Shown: positions 1-11,520 of the stretch, in pieces
How positions within the stretch are numbered: position 1 is the first letter of the stretch
Layout of the letters: each line of letters begins with the position of its first letter
Assembly (NCBI GenBank): GCA_013239625.1
Contig: MU054001.1
Location: forward strand, 3,292,151-3,356,150
DNA length: 64,000 nucleotides
Reading direction: 5' to 3'
Source of the DNA: Lama guanicoe
Lineage: Eukaryota
Made by a program: the position numbers and the translations under genes
Notes under the pieces: model-generated
The model's input: only the letters and a program-made list of their open reading frames with translations
The model's database searches: none
Told to the model about the DNA's origin: nothing

Positions 1-699
1 CAACACACATATCACAAATCAATCAGAATTGCCTCAACAGTGAAACCTGTTAGCTAAAGCTATAGACCCATAGACATCAAATCAAAGACTCCACTATCAA
101 TTTGTCCCTTGGGTCCTCAATTAATCACGTGTTAATTCATCAGCTCCTTCGATTAAGTAGCTTTGTTTTTCTTCTCCATCTATAGGAGAAGGAGATACCT
201 GAAAAAAAAAAAAGAATACAACACAGAATTTTGGAGACCTATAACCTTCCAGGCTATTTCCAATGATCAGGTCAATTAACCTGATCTCTTAACAATTAAC
301 CTCATCTCTTACTCTATCTGCACTCACCCCTCCAGGCCTGGCACTGTGCAAAATGTTTAGACTGGCAACTTAAAACCAGATTTGTGTTTCTCAACTATAG
401 CACCCTCCCAGTCAACTCAGACATGTCAGAAAGAGAAAAGAAAAAATATACTCAAAGATCTAAAAACTAAAACCAAAAGAATTCTCAGAAATCCTCTGAT
501 TTCTTTTGCATTTTGGACCATGGAGATAATGCTCTAATCAGAATTCAGTGAGTGCACATCCCTGCCCAAGGGCCTGCAGTAGCTCCCTATTACCCACAGA
601 AGAGTTAGTCTAGGCAGTTTTCTGTAAAAAAGACAATATGCTTTGTTAATCTTTATCTCCTACAGACTCGTACTTCCACACTCTCTGTCAGCTCTACAC

Positions 700-1262
700 C
701 TGTATTATTTTCTCTGATGCCCTTACATGTGTATTCCCTGCCTGGTATATGCTGGGTTTCTCTGTCTGGTTAATTTCTAACTATCCCTCAAGCTCCAGAT
801 CAAATATCAGCCTCTGTCTGTGCCTGATCCACACAGACTGAGCCCACTGTTCTCTTCCCTAAATATACCTGTACTACTGAGTCGTGAAGCAGAGTGGGGA
901 GGAGCCCAGGCCCTGGAGCAAGGCTCTTGAGTTTGCAAGCCTGGCTGTCCACTCACTAGCTGTGAAGTCTGTCGGCAAGTCATCTAACCTCTTGTGCCTT
1001 GATTTTCCCATCTGTCCAATGGGGACAATAACAACTAAGATTTAAGAATGTAAAACACACCCAATGTACTTAGGATGGCAAATAGTGTCAGTGAATGTTA
1101 GCTATGATTTTCTATCACCATTTTCAAAGTTCAAGTCTGGGAGGCTCCCACTGAGTCCAGGGAACTTCTCTTAGTCATCCTGGGACCTCCAGTTCCTAGC
1201 TGGGGTCCTGACACAGCATAGGCACCCAGTCAAAGTTTGCCAAGTGACTGGCTGAATGAAGA
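700..1262 (+). mobile_element. L2 LINE 3' fragment, interrupted by a MIR
   Basis: L2-like segments ttccctgcctgg...tccctcaagctccagatcaaatatcagcctc and 3' end cctgacacagcataggcacccagtcaaagtttg...gaatgaa; boundaries approximate. Confidence 0.55.
888..1110 (+). mobile_element. MIR SINE
   Basis: MIR core: ccactcactagctgtg...ggcaagtcatctaacctcttgtgccttgattttcccatctgtccaatggggacaataa. Confidence 0.85.
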
Positions 1263-1669
1263 GTAAGAGCATGGAAAGGGGAAGAAAAAGAGAAAGACTG
1301 GGAGTGGGCAAAACCTAGAGACTACCTGTATCCTATTAGGGCACATGGAATAAAAAGGCAGCTGGAAATCCAGCTTTTTCTATACACACCTTACATAGAG
1401 CCATTTGAAAGCGCAGAATGATGATTCTGGTAGGGAAAAAAAAAACTCTCATGGGCTTATTTATTTCCTGTCCCTACAGTGAGGCTAGGAGACTCACTGA
1501 GCCTAAATAGAGGGTCTTTTTTTTTTTTTTTAATCAATCTATACTTGGATTGCCAGAAATCCAAACCACTTCTCCTTGAGCCAGGGATGAGTTGGGGTGT
1601 GAGTGAGCCTCCAAAAGGATTGGGTCCAGTGCAGCAGGAAGAGCAGCTGCTGGCGGTGGTGCAGGTCCC

Positions 1670-1895
1670 CCCTAGAGCACGGGCTCTGGAGCAGGATGAC
1701 TTGGGTTTATATCCCAGACACGAAACTGACCAGCCGGGCAGCCCTGGGCAAGTCATTTTCCGTTTCTGTCCTCAGTTACCTTGTCTATAAAATAGAGATC
1801 ACATGACCATGACCTCCCAGGATTGTGGTGAAGTGAAACGGGAAAATCCTCTTAAGTCCCCAAACACAGCCTCTGGCACAAAAGAGGTGCTTCCT
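1670..1895 (+). mobile_element. MIR SINE
   Basis: gggctctggagcag...ctgggcaagtcatt...cctcagttaccttgtctataaaatagagat...ggattgtggtgaag...ctggcaca. Confidence 0.8.
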
Positions 1896-3174
1896 TGTTC
1901 TCAAATGAGGCTTCTCAAAGGTTGACTTCTTAGAGGCTGGACTGGGGAAGCCGGGCGAAAGGAACCCTCCAGATGAGAAGAGATAGGCTGGGACCTGGCA
2001 GAGTGAAATCAGCATTGAGAGGGAAGAAGAGAGCACGGCTTCTCCTCCTGCCTGTGTTTGGATTGGCTTTTAAAACGGCACAACCTCCGCTAACCTTAGT
2101 CGCAACACTGCGCTGAAATGTTACTCCCAGGATTTGACACTTTCTTATTCTTCCCACTACTGTTTTCTCCTTTGTTGCTTTGAAAATATGAATTAATGGT
2201 GAATACTAATGAGCCCCGTGACAAGGCTCAACTCCACTAACGTTGGGAGCTGCAAGAAGTATGCCACTTGCAACAAGGGAAAGCATAGAGTCTTTTTCCT
2301 GATTCCTGAAATTTCATGGCCCCAAATATTCTTTTTTTTCTCCTCCCTCACCTTCCATCCAACTCTCTTCTTTTAAAATTTGTAAAAGAATCTTCATGAA
2401 AGCCTCATGAATGAGACTTTGAACTCGTTCATAAGATTTTATGTGTCTACCTGGAATAGACATGAAATTGCTTTTTTTTAAGAAAAAAAAAAGTACTGTT
2501 GCATTTATAAAAATCTTTCTGGATGTCTTTTTATTGTCCAGTGCTTTCTTTTTTTTGTCTTTTATTGTCTCTGGTGCTATTTCACAGAGCCTGGGGATTT
2601 GTGAGGTAGCCAACCAGCAGGAACTTAAGTCATTGATATTGAACACTTGGTGACTTCCGAGCAGATGCCAATTTTCCCTCCCGCTCCAATAAAAAAAAAG
2701 GCAATATTTTTTCTGCCATTGGCATCAAAGGCAATTTTTATGGCATGATCTGCACTACTATCTCAACATGATGGTAAATTGTTCGGCATTAAAAGCTCAG
2801 GAGAAACCAAGAAAGACTCTAATATGGAGGATTTTAGAATTGAAGTCATAAAGTCTATGAAAATACAGACCAAGTACACAACTTTCTCAGTCAATGTCAA
2901 GGGCTTACTCTAAAATGTTCTGCACATTCAACTGGTATTATAGTTAGGAACAGCTTTAAGAAAGAAACAATAACTTGCTATCAGGGCTCCTTTCCACCCT
3001 AAATTCCTTTTCTTGGCTGCCCTCGGCAGACCAGAGGCAGGGACACCTACAACTGATAAACGTTAAGAGATGTGCAGGCAAGAGCCTGAGGGTCCACCAA
3101 AGCCACCACAGCTCAGACTCTCACTTCACCGATACTTGGGAGGGCTCCCGTTGAAACAGGGGCACTTCTTGCTA

Positions 3175-3388
3175 GGTGAGCTCTAGTTCTGAAGAGATGA
3201 ATTCCAGTCCTCATCAGCATGTGACCTTAAGTCTGTTGGCCCCAGGAATCAGTTAGCTGATCTGTAAAATGGGGATACTGTTAGGACATCCTTCCTAGGG
3301 TTGTCAAAAGGATTTAGTTAAATTACACCTCTAAAGGGCTTCGCACAGCATTGGGCTCAGGGTAAGAGCTCAATAGTGTTTGCTGATA
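3175..3388 (+). mobile_element. MIR SINE
   Basis: tgtgacctt...atctgtaaaatggggatact...agggttgtcaaaaggatt...gtaagagctcaata. Confidence 0.75.
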
Positions 3389-3854
3389 CACACAAACAGG
3401 TCAACTGGTAAAGGAGCCACGCTGCCCAGTGGCTTCTGCTCCTTGTAGAGGAAAACATTCTATCCAAGGTTTAGCAGGAGAATGCAACTTTCTTGCACAG
3501 GAACCCCTGCAGGCAGGACAATTTCAAACTAGAGTTAGAATTGTTTCCATTTCACTGAAATGGTGCTTAACAATACATCCTTGACTTTTCCCCTTTCAGG
3601 TGCAGAAATTTACCACCCTCATAAGTTTTCTAGTAGTTTCTTCATCAAGTCATATATAACCTCTAAGCATGTACATTTATTCAACAAGAAATTCACCCAG
3701 AACCTCCCAGTTCTGGGCAGTGATTATAGTGATGGTTGGGGAAGGGCCCACCAGCAGTTAAGGAATTACTTTTTAACTTTGGAGAAACCCCTGGGGAAAT
3801 GGGTGCCAATAAACACGCAAATCCACAACAGTGAAAGTGATAATTTGGTATAAA

Positions 3855-4070
3855 AATTAGGAGTGTAATCCCTGAGCCAGACCAGATTCAAATCCAGGCT
3901 CTACCACTAAATAGCCTTGTGACAGTAGGCAGGTCTTTTAACCTCTTTGTGCCTCACTTTCCTCATCTGGTAAATGGGAGTGAAAACTGTACCTATCTCA
4001 TAACATTGAATGAATTAGTGTCTACACAGCATGAAGAATAATGCCTGGCACATAGTAGTAATATATAAAC
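3855..4070 (+). mobile_element. MIR SINE
   Basis: ttcaaatccaggctctaccact...aacctctttgtgcctcactttcctcatctggtaaatggg...tgcctggcacatagta. Confidence 0.85.
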
Positions 4071-4189
4071 TCTACCTTAAAAATGATAAATGAAAGTTAA
4101 AATTGGGTGTGCTTACAATGGAATAACCCCTGTGTTAAGAGTTTTATGCTGATTTCCTCATTTCACCTTCACCAGGAGATAATGTATTA

Positions 4190-4289
4190 ACTGTGGTCAA
4201 GTTACTTGGCCTTGGTTGTGAAATGGGCTTAGGGAAGTGCCTACCTATAAAACGGTTGGAAGGATTCAATGAGTTAACATATGTAGAGT
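4190..4289 (+). mobile_element. MIR fragment split by the LTR (probable remainder at about 4856-4900)
   Basis: caagttactt...gtgaaatggg...cctacct...aggattcaatgagttaacatatgta. Confidence 0.6.
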
Positions 4290-4851
4290 TGTTAGGTAGT
4301 TAGATAAGTGGGGGCACCGGGCAGACAAGGTGGAAGAGAGGCAGGAGGGTCTGGAAGATGATGGTGTGCCCTCCTTCAGCATAAAGGGGCTTTACTGCCT
4401 CTAGATGAATGTCAGCAAAACACCCGTTAGAACCCAACAGCCACAACTGCACTGTGGTGACAAGGACCCAACCAGACATGACCCAGGGCTCATTGTAATA
4501 TAATGAGCATTGCGGTTTAGACCGCCCCCCCCCCACGGGTTTTGCTGTGCGCATCATGGGTAAGGACATGCGCAAAAGGGGCCAAGCATGACTAAGCACT
4601 CCAGGGGCAAAACCCGTCAATCATGCAAGAGACCACCTCTAAGCGAGGGCATGAGAGAAGAGGGCAAATGAAGCCCACTGCTTGTCCTTCCTTGGGTCAG
4701 CCTGCCTTCTGTTCTTGGAGGTATCCTTTCCCTTTGCTAAATACAACCTTCAAAATCTTTCACTACACCACACTTCGTCTCCCATCTGAATTCTTATCTT
4801 TCGGGGATGACAAGAACTGGGGTCTTTTCCCTTTCCCCTTTTGGGGTAACA
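4290..4851 (+). mobile_element. ERV1-class solo LTR, relatively young
   Basis: Termini TGTTA...TAACA; perfect 4-bp TSD GAGT (4286-4289, 4852-4855); U5-like end ctgaattcttatctttcggggatgacaagaactgg; CpGs retained. Confidence 0.9.
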
Positions 4852-5089
4852 GAGTGACAAGGGCTAGGCCCGTGCAAAGAAAGGGCTCAGCAAAGAGAGC
4901 CTAGCCAAATTAAGCAGCTTGTCTGGTTGCACAGAGCTAACCGATCAGCGTTGGATCATGGTATAAACCCAAGCACACTCTTCCCCTCTTAGCCCAGTGA
5001 CTGAGTCATACGGCAAATACCCTATAAAAGCACACCTCCACCAGTCCTGGTTAGGAGGATCTGGAATTGTCCATGGAGCGGATGATCCT

Positions 5090-5119
5090 TCTCTCTCTCT
5101 GTCTCTCTCTCTCTCTCTC
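5090..5119. repeat. (TC)n microsatellite with one interruption
   Basis: Direct reading. Confidence 0.9.
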
Positions 5120-7399
5120 ATTATAACAGTGGCAGGAGACATTCATTTACTTTAGTTGGATGTAGTAGTCATGACTCAAAATATACTAAAAAAAAAAAGT
5201 TACAAACTCTTTCTCGTCAAGAGACAAGATCATGTATCACAGGCCAAGATGTAGTCACACATCACGTGATCCAAGAGGGCTGTAACTGACTTCGGTCATG
5301 GCTGGTCTGACTCAGCCTGAAGCCAAGAGGAAAGCAAGTGTGGTTAATTAAGACGGCAGGGATGTTTAGACTGTGTGCAACCGATACTCCGGCCACCGTC
5401 TCCATGTTTTCCTGGAGATAGAATGCTGCACACAAGTTGAGTATTACCTCCTAAAATCTTTCCAGATATTGTCAGGGAGAGATTTGAGCGGTAGGACTTA
5501 GCACTTCTGGAATTATGTTAGGGACAAGTTGAAAGAATGCTGACTGATGAGAAAGGCCAAGTTGTGATTCCCAAATGATGTTTCTATTTACACTTCAGTG
5601 ATGACATTGAAATCCAAAGCTCTTGTGGGAAGAGAACAAGCCTTGTGTCCCTTCATGGCCTCCATAAAACTTGGCTTAGTGGCACTGACACGGATAATGC
5701 CCAGAAAGGACCGATGATCCCAGGGATAAAACAGAGTGTGATTTAGCCATATCTTTGATAGAGCACCAGAGATCTCTCTTGGCTCTTTGGTGAAAGATCC
5801 CAAGACAAAACATACATATGAAGTACAAACCGTTTTCTTTACTAATGACTTAGAAGTTGGGCAGAACGTTTTGGGCGCATACTCCCTGAGGTTGTTGGGA
5901 ACTCTAAATAAAAGACAGTTCACTCTCCTGCTAATTCTTCTTTCAGCTTCAGAAACCAACTGGTTGGCACAAGACACTAAAACATATCTATTCCCAGCTA
6001 GAGCTCGTTTCTGGAATCCTCTGTAAGTACAGTTCCTAAAGCAAGTCAATCTTCACAAGTAGGTTTGGTGTGAACTTTCTCTACGAATTCCTCCATGAAA
6101 TGAAGATTTTTATTTCTGTAAGTGAGGGAAAGAACATAATAATAATTCTTCCTTGGATATTCACAATGCACCTTATTATGTTAAAGGAGCCACAATTCAA
6201 AAAAACCAAAAACCAAAAATGTATTCAACTGTGTTCAATGCAATGCTTCCTAAACAAGTTTCTCCACAGAACTTTAAAGCATATTTGTATATTAAACACA
6301 TATTTTAATATACCTCCCTGTCTTATCTATGACTATATCCAATAGAGAGATAGAGATCTATCCTGAAGACGTGGTTTCTGATGAAGCACAGGTAACAAGC
6401 AGCTGGCCTTGGCTGGGTTGTGTTGGTTGTGTTGCAGTCTGGGTCAGAGGTGAGTGAGTTCCTGCTCTTCAAGTTGCTACTCGCAGGATTTGATGTCCGT
6501 TGGGAGGCTTTGACTGAGGAGCAGATCACATTCTAGAGTCGAAAGGAGAAACTCAGAGAGCAGGAGTCAATGAAACTGGAAACACAGTGATCATAGAGAG
6601 AAATGGCAAGCCTTTTGATTTGTGACCCCTGCCAGCTCCACAGCCCCACCCACACTTGCCTTCCCCAAAGGGCTAATGTTGAGCCCTGAGGTAGAGATGG
6701 TTAAAACTGAGCAACCTTGTGAGGTCCAGTCACTGACAGGGGTTGACCCAGAGACCAGGTGATAGCACAGCGCTGAGGGCAGGAATCCCAAGGGAGCAGT
6801 ATCCTCAAAGGGCAGCTGTGGCTGAGGTTGGACCAGGGAGTCAGAGAAGCCCAGATGTGGACTCACTCTAGAACACATGGTTGACACCACCCGCCCTGAG
6901 ACCCTCCAAAAGAATTGGGGAGGTGCTGAGACATGATGAATAACCAAATGATAACCAGTTGTCACAGTTATGCATGCAGAGCAGGCCGATCTTGAGGACA
7001 TTTTCGTTTTACTTGCAATCCTTAAAGACCTATTGGATTTTTATAAGACATTTTGATTTCATATGGAAAATCTCCCAGTTCATTCTTTCTTTACACTTAA
7101 GTAAGACTCAAATCAGTCCAGACAATTTGGCATTACTCTGTCTGTAAATACATAGCTTGTACAACTCACTCAAAGTCACTCTACACACTCTCTTTTCAAA
7201 CTCTTCTTAACTCTATCACAATTGCCCATGAATAGCCACATTCTCCCATTGTCTAAATGAGTGTTATGTTGTGGGGTGCCAGGGTCATGGTTGCTGCTGT
7301 GCTGGTGGGATGGGGAAGGATAGGCCTTAAGGGACGCCTAAAATACAAAAAAAAAAAAACATAAAAAGTAAAAAATAAGATCAAAAAAGTCCTGGTGTG

Positions 7400-7750
7400 A
7401 TGCTGTGGGAGGGATCTGTGTTCTTGCAAGAAATATTTAACCTGAAAATAACTGTGGGGCACTGGCCAAACAAATCCAGAACATGCGGTGTTCAGCAGGA
7501 CACTGTCCGGGGCTTTCGGAAGAACATGGCACAATGAAGAGCTGAGTGATGGAACTTGTCTGCACTGAGGGAGACAAAACCATGTAAGAGTCAAGGGAAT
7601 GCAGGGAATTTGATTAAATCCTGGATTTTAAAAAAAAATTGTTCTTTAGGAAACTTAAAAGAACATTTTTTACAGGAGAATTTAGAAAATCTGAGTATGG
7701 ACTGTTACTGGATAATACTATTGAATTCATGATTTTCTTAAATATGATCC
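7400..7750 (+). mobile_element. Old L1 3' UTR fragment (L1MC4/5-like)
   Basis: taacctgaaaataac...caaacaaatccaga...ggagacaaaa...atcctggatt...aaaatctgagtatggactgttactggataatactattg. Confidence 0.65.
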
Positions 7751-8103
7751 CATCAAAGGAAATATAAAGCTGAAGGCTGCACAACCATTGGATGAAGCAT
7801 TATTTTAGAAATAATTGAAGCACCAAGAAAAGGAGTAACTGGAAAATCTCTAATCCCTCTTTACTTTTTCCCCATGACCGAGTGGTCTCCTTGAAATAGG
7901 ACCAAGGGTAATAATACTGGTCCCTGTGTCCTGGCTATTTGGAATAGCCTGGAACAGACCTCTTGAAGCCCGTCATGTGGCACAGCAGGGTGGAAAGAGG
8001 AGGCTAAGGGGCCTCTTGGGGAACCTTCCAACCCTCAGTGTTGGTCTTCGTGCCTCACCCACTGCCCCCAATCCTGATCACCAGGTCTCCTCGACAGCCC
8101 ACT

Positions 8104-8510
8104 GAAAAGAATTTAGAGGCTCTCAAGCTCCCAGCAGGAACACCTTGGAGCCCTGTCGTTGGAAATAGCTCCCAACCTGCATCTCAGGCAGGTATTTTTA
8201 GGTTCTGTCTTGAAGACACAGAAACTTTCATACATTTCAGCTTCTTTGTCTGGAGTCACTGCAGCCCCAGACATGTCATTGAAATGGGGTATAATTGTGG
8301 TCTCCTCCACCCACCAATCTGAGCAAGTCGGAAAGAGCTTCCTGCTGTGCAGCAGAGAGCATGGAGAGCCTTTCCTGGCAAGGGAAAGTCAAAATGGATT
8401 TTTTAAAATAATAATATGTTGATCAAGAAGAAGAAAAAAAAAAGTCGACTGAGGAGAGGGGGCTCTGCATTGGGGCTGATCTGGAGAGGAAGGTTACTTA
8501 TTGTTTTGAA
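8104..8510 (+). repeat. Diverged local duplication, copy A
   Basis: Collinear matches to 9110-9705, e.g. gtcaaaatggattttttaaaataataatatgttgatca (8388) vs gtcaaaatggacttttcagtaacaatatgctgatca (9591). Confidence 0.7.
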
Positions 8511-9109
8511 ACCTGGCCTCAGTTCTCTTTTGCAGGCTGCAGAAATCAAGCTTGGAGGAGCTAATGTCTCACATTTGAGGTTGAGAAATAAAGAATGCTT
8601 GGAATCATCTGAGTTAGATCAATGGCTGTGATTAATATGAGGCTCTCTGAGGAATAATTATAAGTGTCAGTCACTGGGCAGAGCCTGACATTAAAAGGAG
8701 AAATAGGAGAGAAACCAAAATGATGCAGGGCAGATACATGGAATTGACAAGAGCATTCTAATAGTCCTCTGTAGGAGCTGGGAGAAGGGATGTTTGAGCC
8801 CCCGGGGGCTCTGGCCACCATCTCACCATGGAGCAGATCAACAATGGTGACCCAGGGTTGTGTTTTCTGGGGGCTCAGGGAACAGGTCTCCAGGGCTGAC
8901 GTCCTAACTGTAGGGAAAGTGATGCTATAGGTCTGAAGGGACATGAGGTGGCTACAGCTAACTAAATCACCCACAATGACGTTACAGGCATCCCCATGGT
9001 CTTAGTAGGTCTTGCAATCAGACAGCAAAGAGAAGTTGACTGTGGTGAAGGGTGTGGGGGGGGGGCTGGTTTAAATAGATGGTGGGCCTTTTCCTTAGGA
9101 CAAAAATAA

Positions 9110-9705
9110 GAAAGAATTTGCCTACAAGGTCCGGAAAGGAGATCACCGATCATCAACTTTCCAAGCTTAATTCGATTGAAAGCAATCAGCCTACTCCAAG
9201 AACGGGATTTAAGGAGGCTCTAAGAGGAAGCCAACTATTCTATGTAGTTTCCCTCAGGAGATCAGAAGCCAAAGTCTGGTCTATATGGACAAGAGACCAG
9301 ACCGGTTGTGTCACTGGCAAAGCCCGGGGCAAAATGAAAATGTAGAACCCCCTTGTTTAAAAATGATTAAGAATTTTAAGACAGAAACAGCAGGGCATTC
9401 AACCAAATGCAGGGCCCTTCTGAGAGCAGGACCCTGTTCAACTACACAGGCTGCCTGCCCACGAAGCCCACCCTAAAGAGGGAGAAATTCCTACCTGATG
9501 GTCCCCGAGATCAGGAGCATTAGGAGATGGGGTGGCTACTTCCAACCTCAAAGAGACTCGAGATGTTCCTGGAATAACTGGGAAGGAACAGTCAAAATGG
9601 ACTTTTCAGTAACAATATGCTGATCACAAAGAGAAAAAATGTTTGTGGAGGGAAGGGCTCTGAATTTGGTCCTATGAGCCCAATGGTTATGCTTTTCAAA
9701 GTCTA
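9110..9705 (+). repeat. Diverged local duplication, copy B (interrupted by MER45A)
   Basis: Matches copy A at an offset of about 1005-1020 before the MER45A and about 1200 after it. Confidence 0.7.
9298..9475 (-). mobile_element. MER45A (hAT-Tip100 MITE)
   Basis: gcaaaatgaaaatgtagaaccccttgtttaaaaatgattaagaattttaagac...gggcccttctgag...gaagcccaccct; about 178 bp, near full length. Confidence 0.9.
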
Positions 9706-9804
9706 CATTACCTTCCAAGACTCAGGATTTAACATGCAAGGCAATTAATCCAGAAATCACCTGATCCCAGTCAAGCTTTGTATTTCTCACACACACATAT
9801 ACCC

Positions 9805-10042
9805 CTAATAGTTGCCAACATTTACTGACCTAGTAAGTAACTATTTCATAGTTTGGTACTAAAAGCTTTTATTTGATCTTTATAACAACCCTGTAAAGAG
9901 GAAGTATTCGTATCCCTATTTTGAAAGATGGGGGCGCTGAGCCATCAAGGGGTTAGATATTGGCTCAAAGATCTACCGCTGCTGAGTGAGCAGAGGCTGA
10001 ATTGTGAGTTCTGACCCAGATACTTAACCACTGAGCCACACT
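9805..10042 (-). mobile_element. MIR SINE
   Basis: ataacaaccctgtaaagagg...tatccctattttgaaagatggggg...cttaaccactgagccacact. Confidence 0.75.
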
Positions 10043-10247
10043 CTCTCCTTCTGGAAGTGCTGTTTCACTTTCTCTGTATGACCACTGTACCAAGCCCCCT
10101 GCCCCACTTGACCATCAAGGGGAGAGAGCCTCTCTGAAAGTCACTTGGAAAATTAGTGGGCGAGTCAGAACCCAGACTTGGTCCCTAGTTGTGGCTCCAT
10201 CTTTGGGCAAAGAGAACATAAAAAGACGTGACCCCCAAACACTCTTT

Positions 10248-10581
10248 GTTTTTTAAACAGTTTTACTACGGTATAATTGACTTTCAGTAAATTTACATAT
10301 TTAAAGTATTCAGTCGGATAAGTTTTGACACACATATACACCCTTGAAATCTTTGCCACTATCAAGATAATGAACATATCCATCACTCCCCCAAATTTCT
10401 ACTTGTCCCTTTGTCCACCTCTGACCTCTCCTGCTCTATCCCAATGCAATCACAAACCTGTTTTTAAATATATATTTTTCCAGCTTTATTGATATATTAT
10501 TGATATATGTATATAACATATGTAAGTTTAAGGTGTATAACACAATGATTTAATACACATATATATCAAGAAACGGTTACC
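10248..10581 (-). mobile_element. Two adjacent L1 3'-end fragments (L1MB/MC-like at 10248-10462; L1MA9-like at 10475-10581)
   Basis: T-tract followed by ggtataattgac...atatttaaagt...aacatatccatcactccc; then cagctttattgatata...gtaagtttaaggtgtataacac. Confidence 0.75.
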
Positions 10582-11127
10582 TGAGTGTTCACACAGCCAC
10601 GCTAAGGACCCAGAGCTGGCATGTCACATGACCCACCCCCTTGGCAGGGCAGGAGCGGAGCCAGGCAGACCAAGAGCAACAAATTGCAAAGCCTAAGGGA
10701 AAGACCACCACACAAATATCTGTAAAATCTTTAAGATTCAAAGTGGGTTTTGCAATAGCCAGAATTTTAAAAAACAAAAAAAACCCCAAACCCCTGGCCC
10801 AGCAGGCTGTAAAAGTTCAGAGCTGAGCAAAGAAGTTGTTTTATGCTAACCTTTCATAAAAAGCAGAAAAGCAGAGAGGGAAGGCTAATTAAGGTCTAAG
10901 CTGCTGAGGAAATCTTTGCTTCTTGTTGAAAGGAAATTATGCTGGGATGGAAACAAAAGTTGCACAGAGGAGGGGATACGAACTGGTGCAGCCTGTTTTT
11001 ACATCTTCACACTTTCTATGTTAGTTGGAAAGATCTGGACATAAAGGGTATAAGGAAAAAAGTCTGTGATCTCCCCACTCCTAGGATTCACAAGCAGATC
11101 TCTTCCACAGAAAGAACTGGTTTGGGG

Positions 11128-11520
11128 TTTTTTTTTTCAGCTTTATGGAGGTGTAATTGATAAATAAAATTGTAAGATATTTAAAGTGTAGAACGTGATG
11201 ATTTAATATACCTATACCTTGTGAAAGGACTTCCATCGAGTTAATTAATACATCCATCACCTCAAATATGGTACCTTTTTTGTTTGTTTGTTTATTTTGG
11301 TGAGAACATTTAAGTTCTGCTCACTTAGCAAATTTTAATTACCCAATAGTGTTATCAACTATAGTCATCAGGTCATACATTAGATCCTCAGACTTGATTC
11401 ATCTTATAACTGAAAACTTATACCCCTTTACCAACGTCTCCCTATTTCCCCAGCCCCCTACCTTCAGCAATCCTTTTTTATCCACTGTTTCTAAGAGTTC
11501 TACATTTTTTTTTTTTAGAT
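11128..11520 (-). mobile_element. L1 3' end (L1MA9-like), 5'-truncated
   Basis: poly-T then cagctttatggaggtgtaattga...gtgagaacatttaag...tacattagatcctcagacttgattcatcttataactgaaa; degenerate TSD gaaagaactgg / gaaaggaactg. Confidence 0.85.

Noticed and set aside
5190..6070. Possible processed pseudogene in a repeat-free stretch
   Set aside because: No recognisable protein in the ORFs, and no poly-A tail with a TSD.
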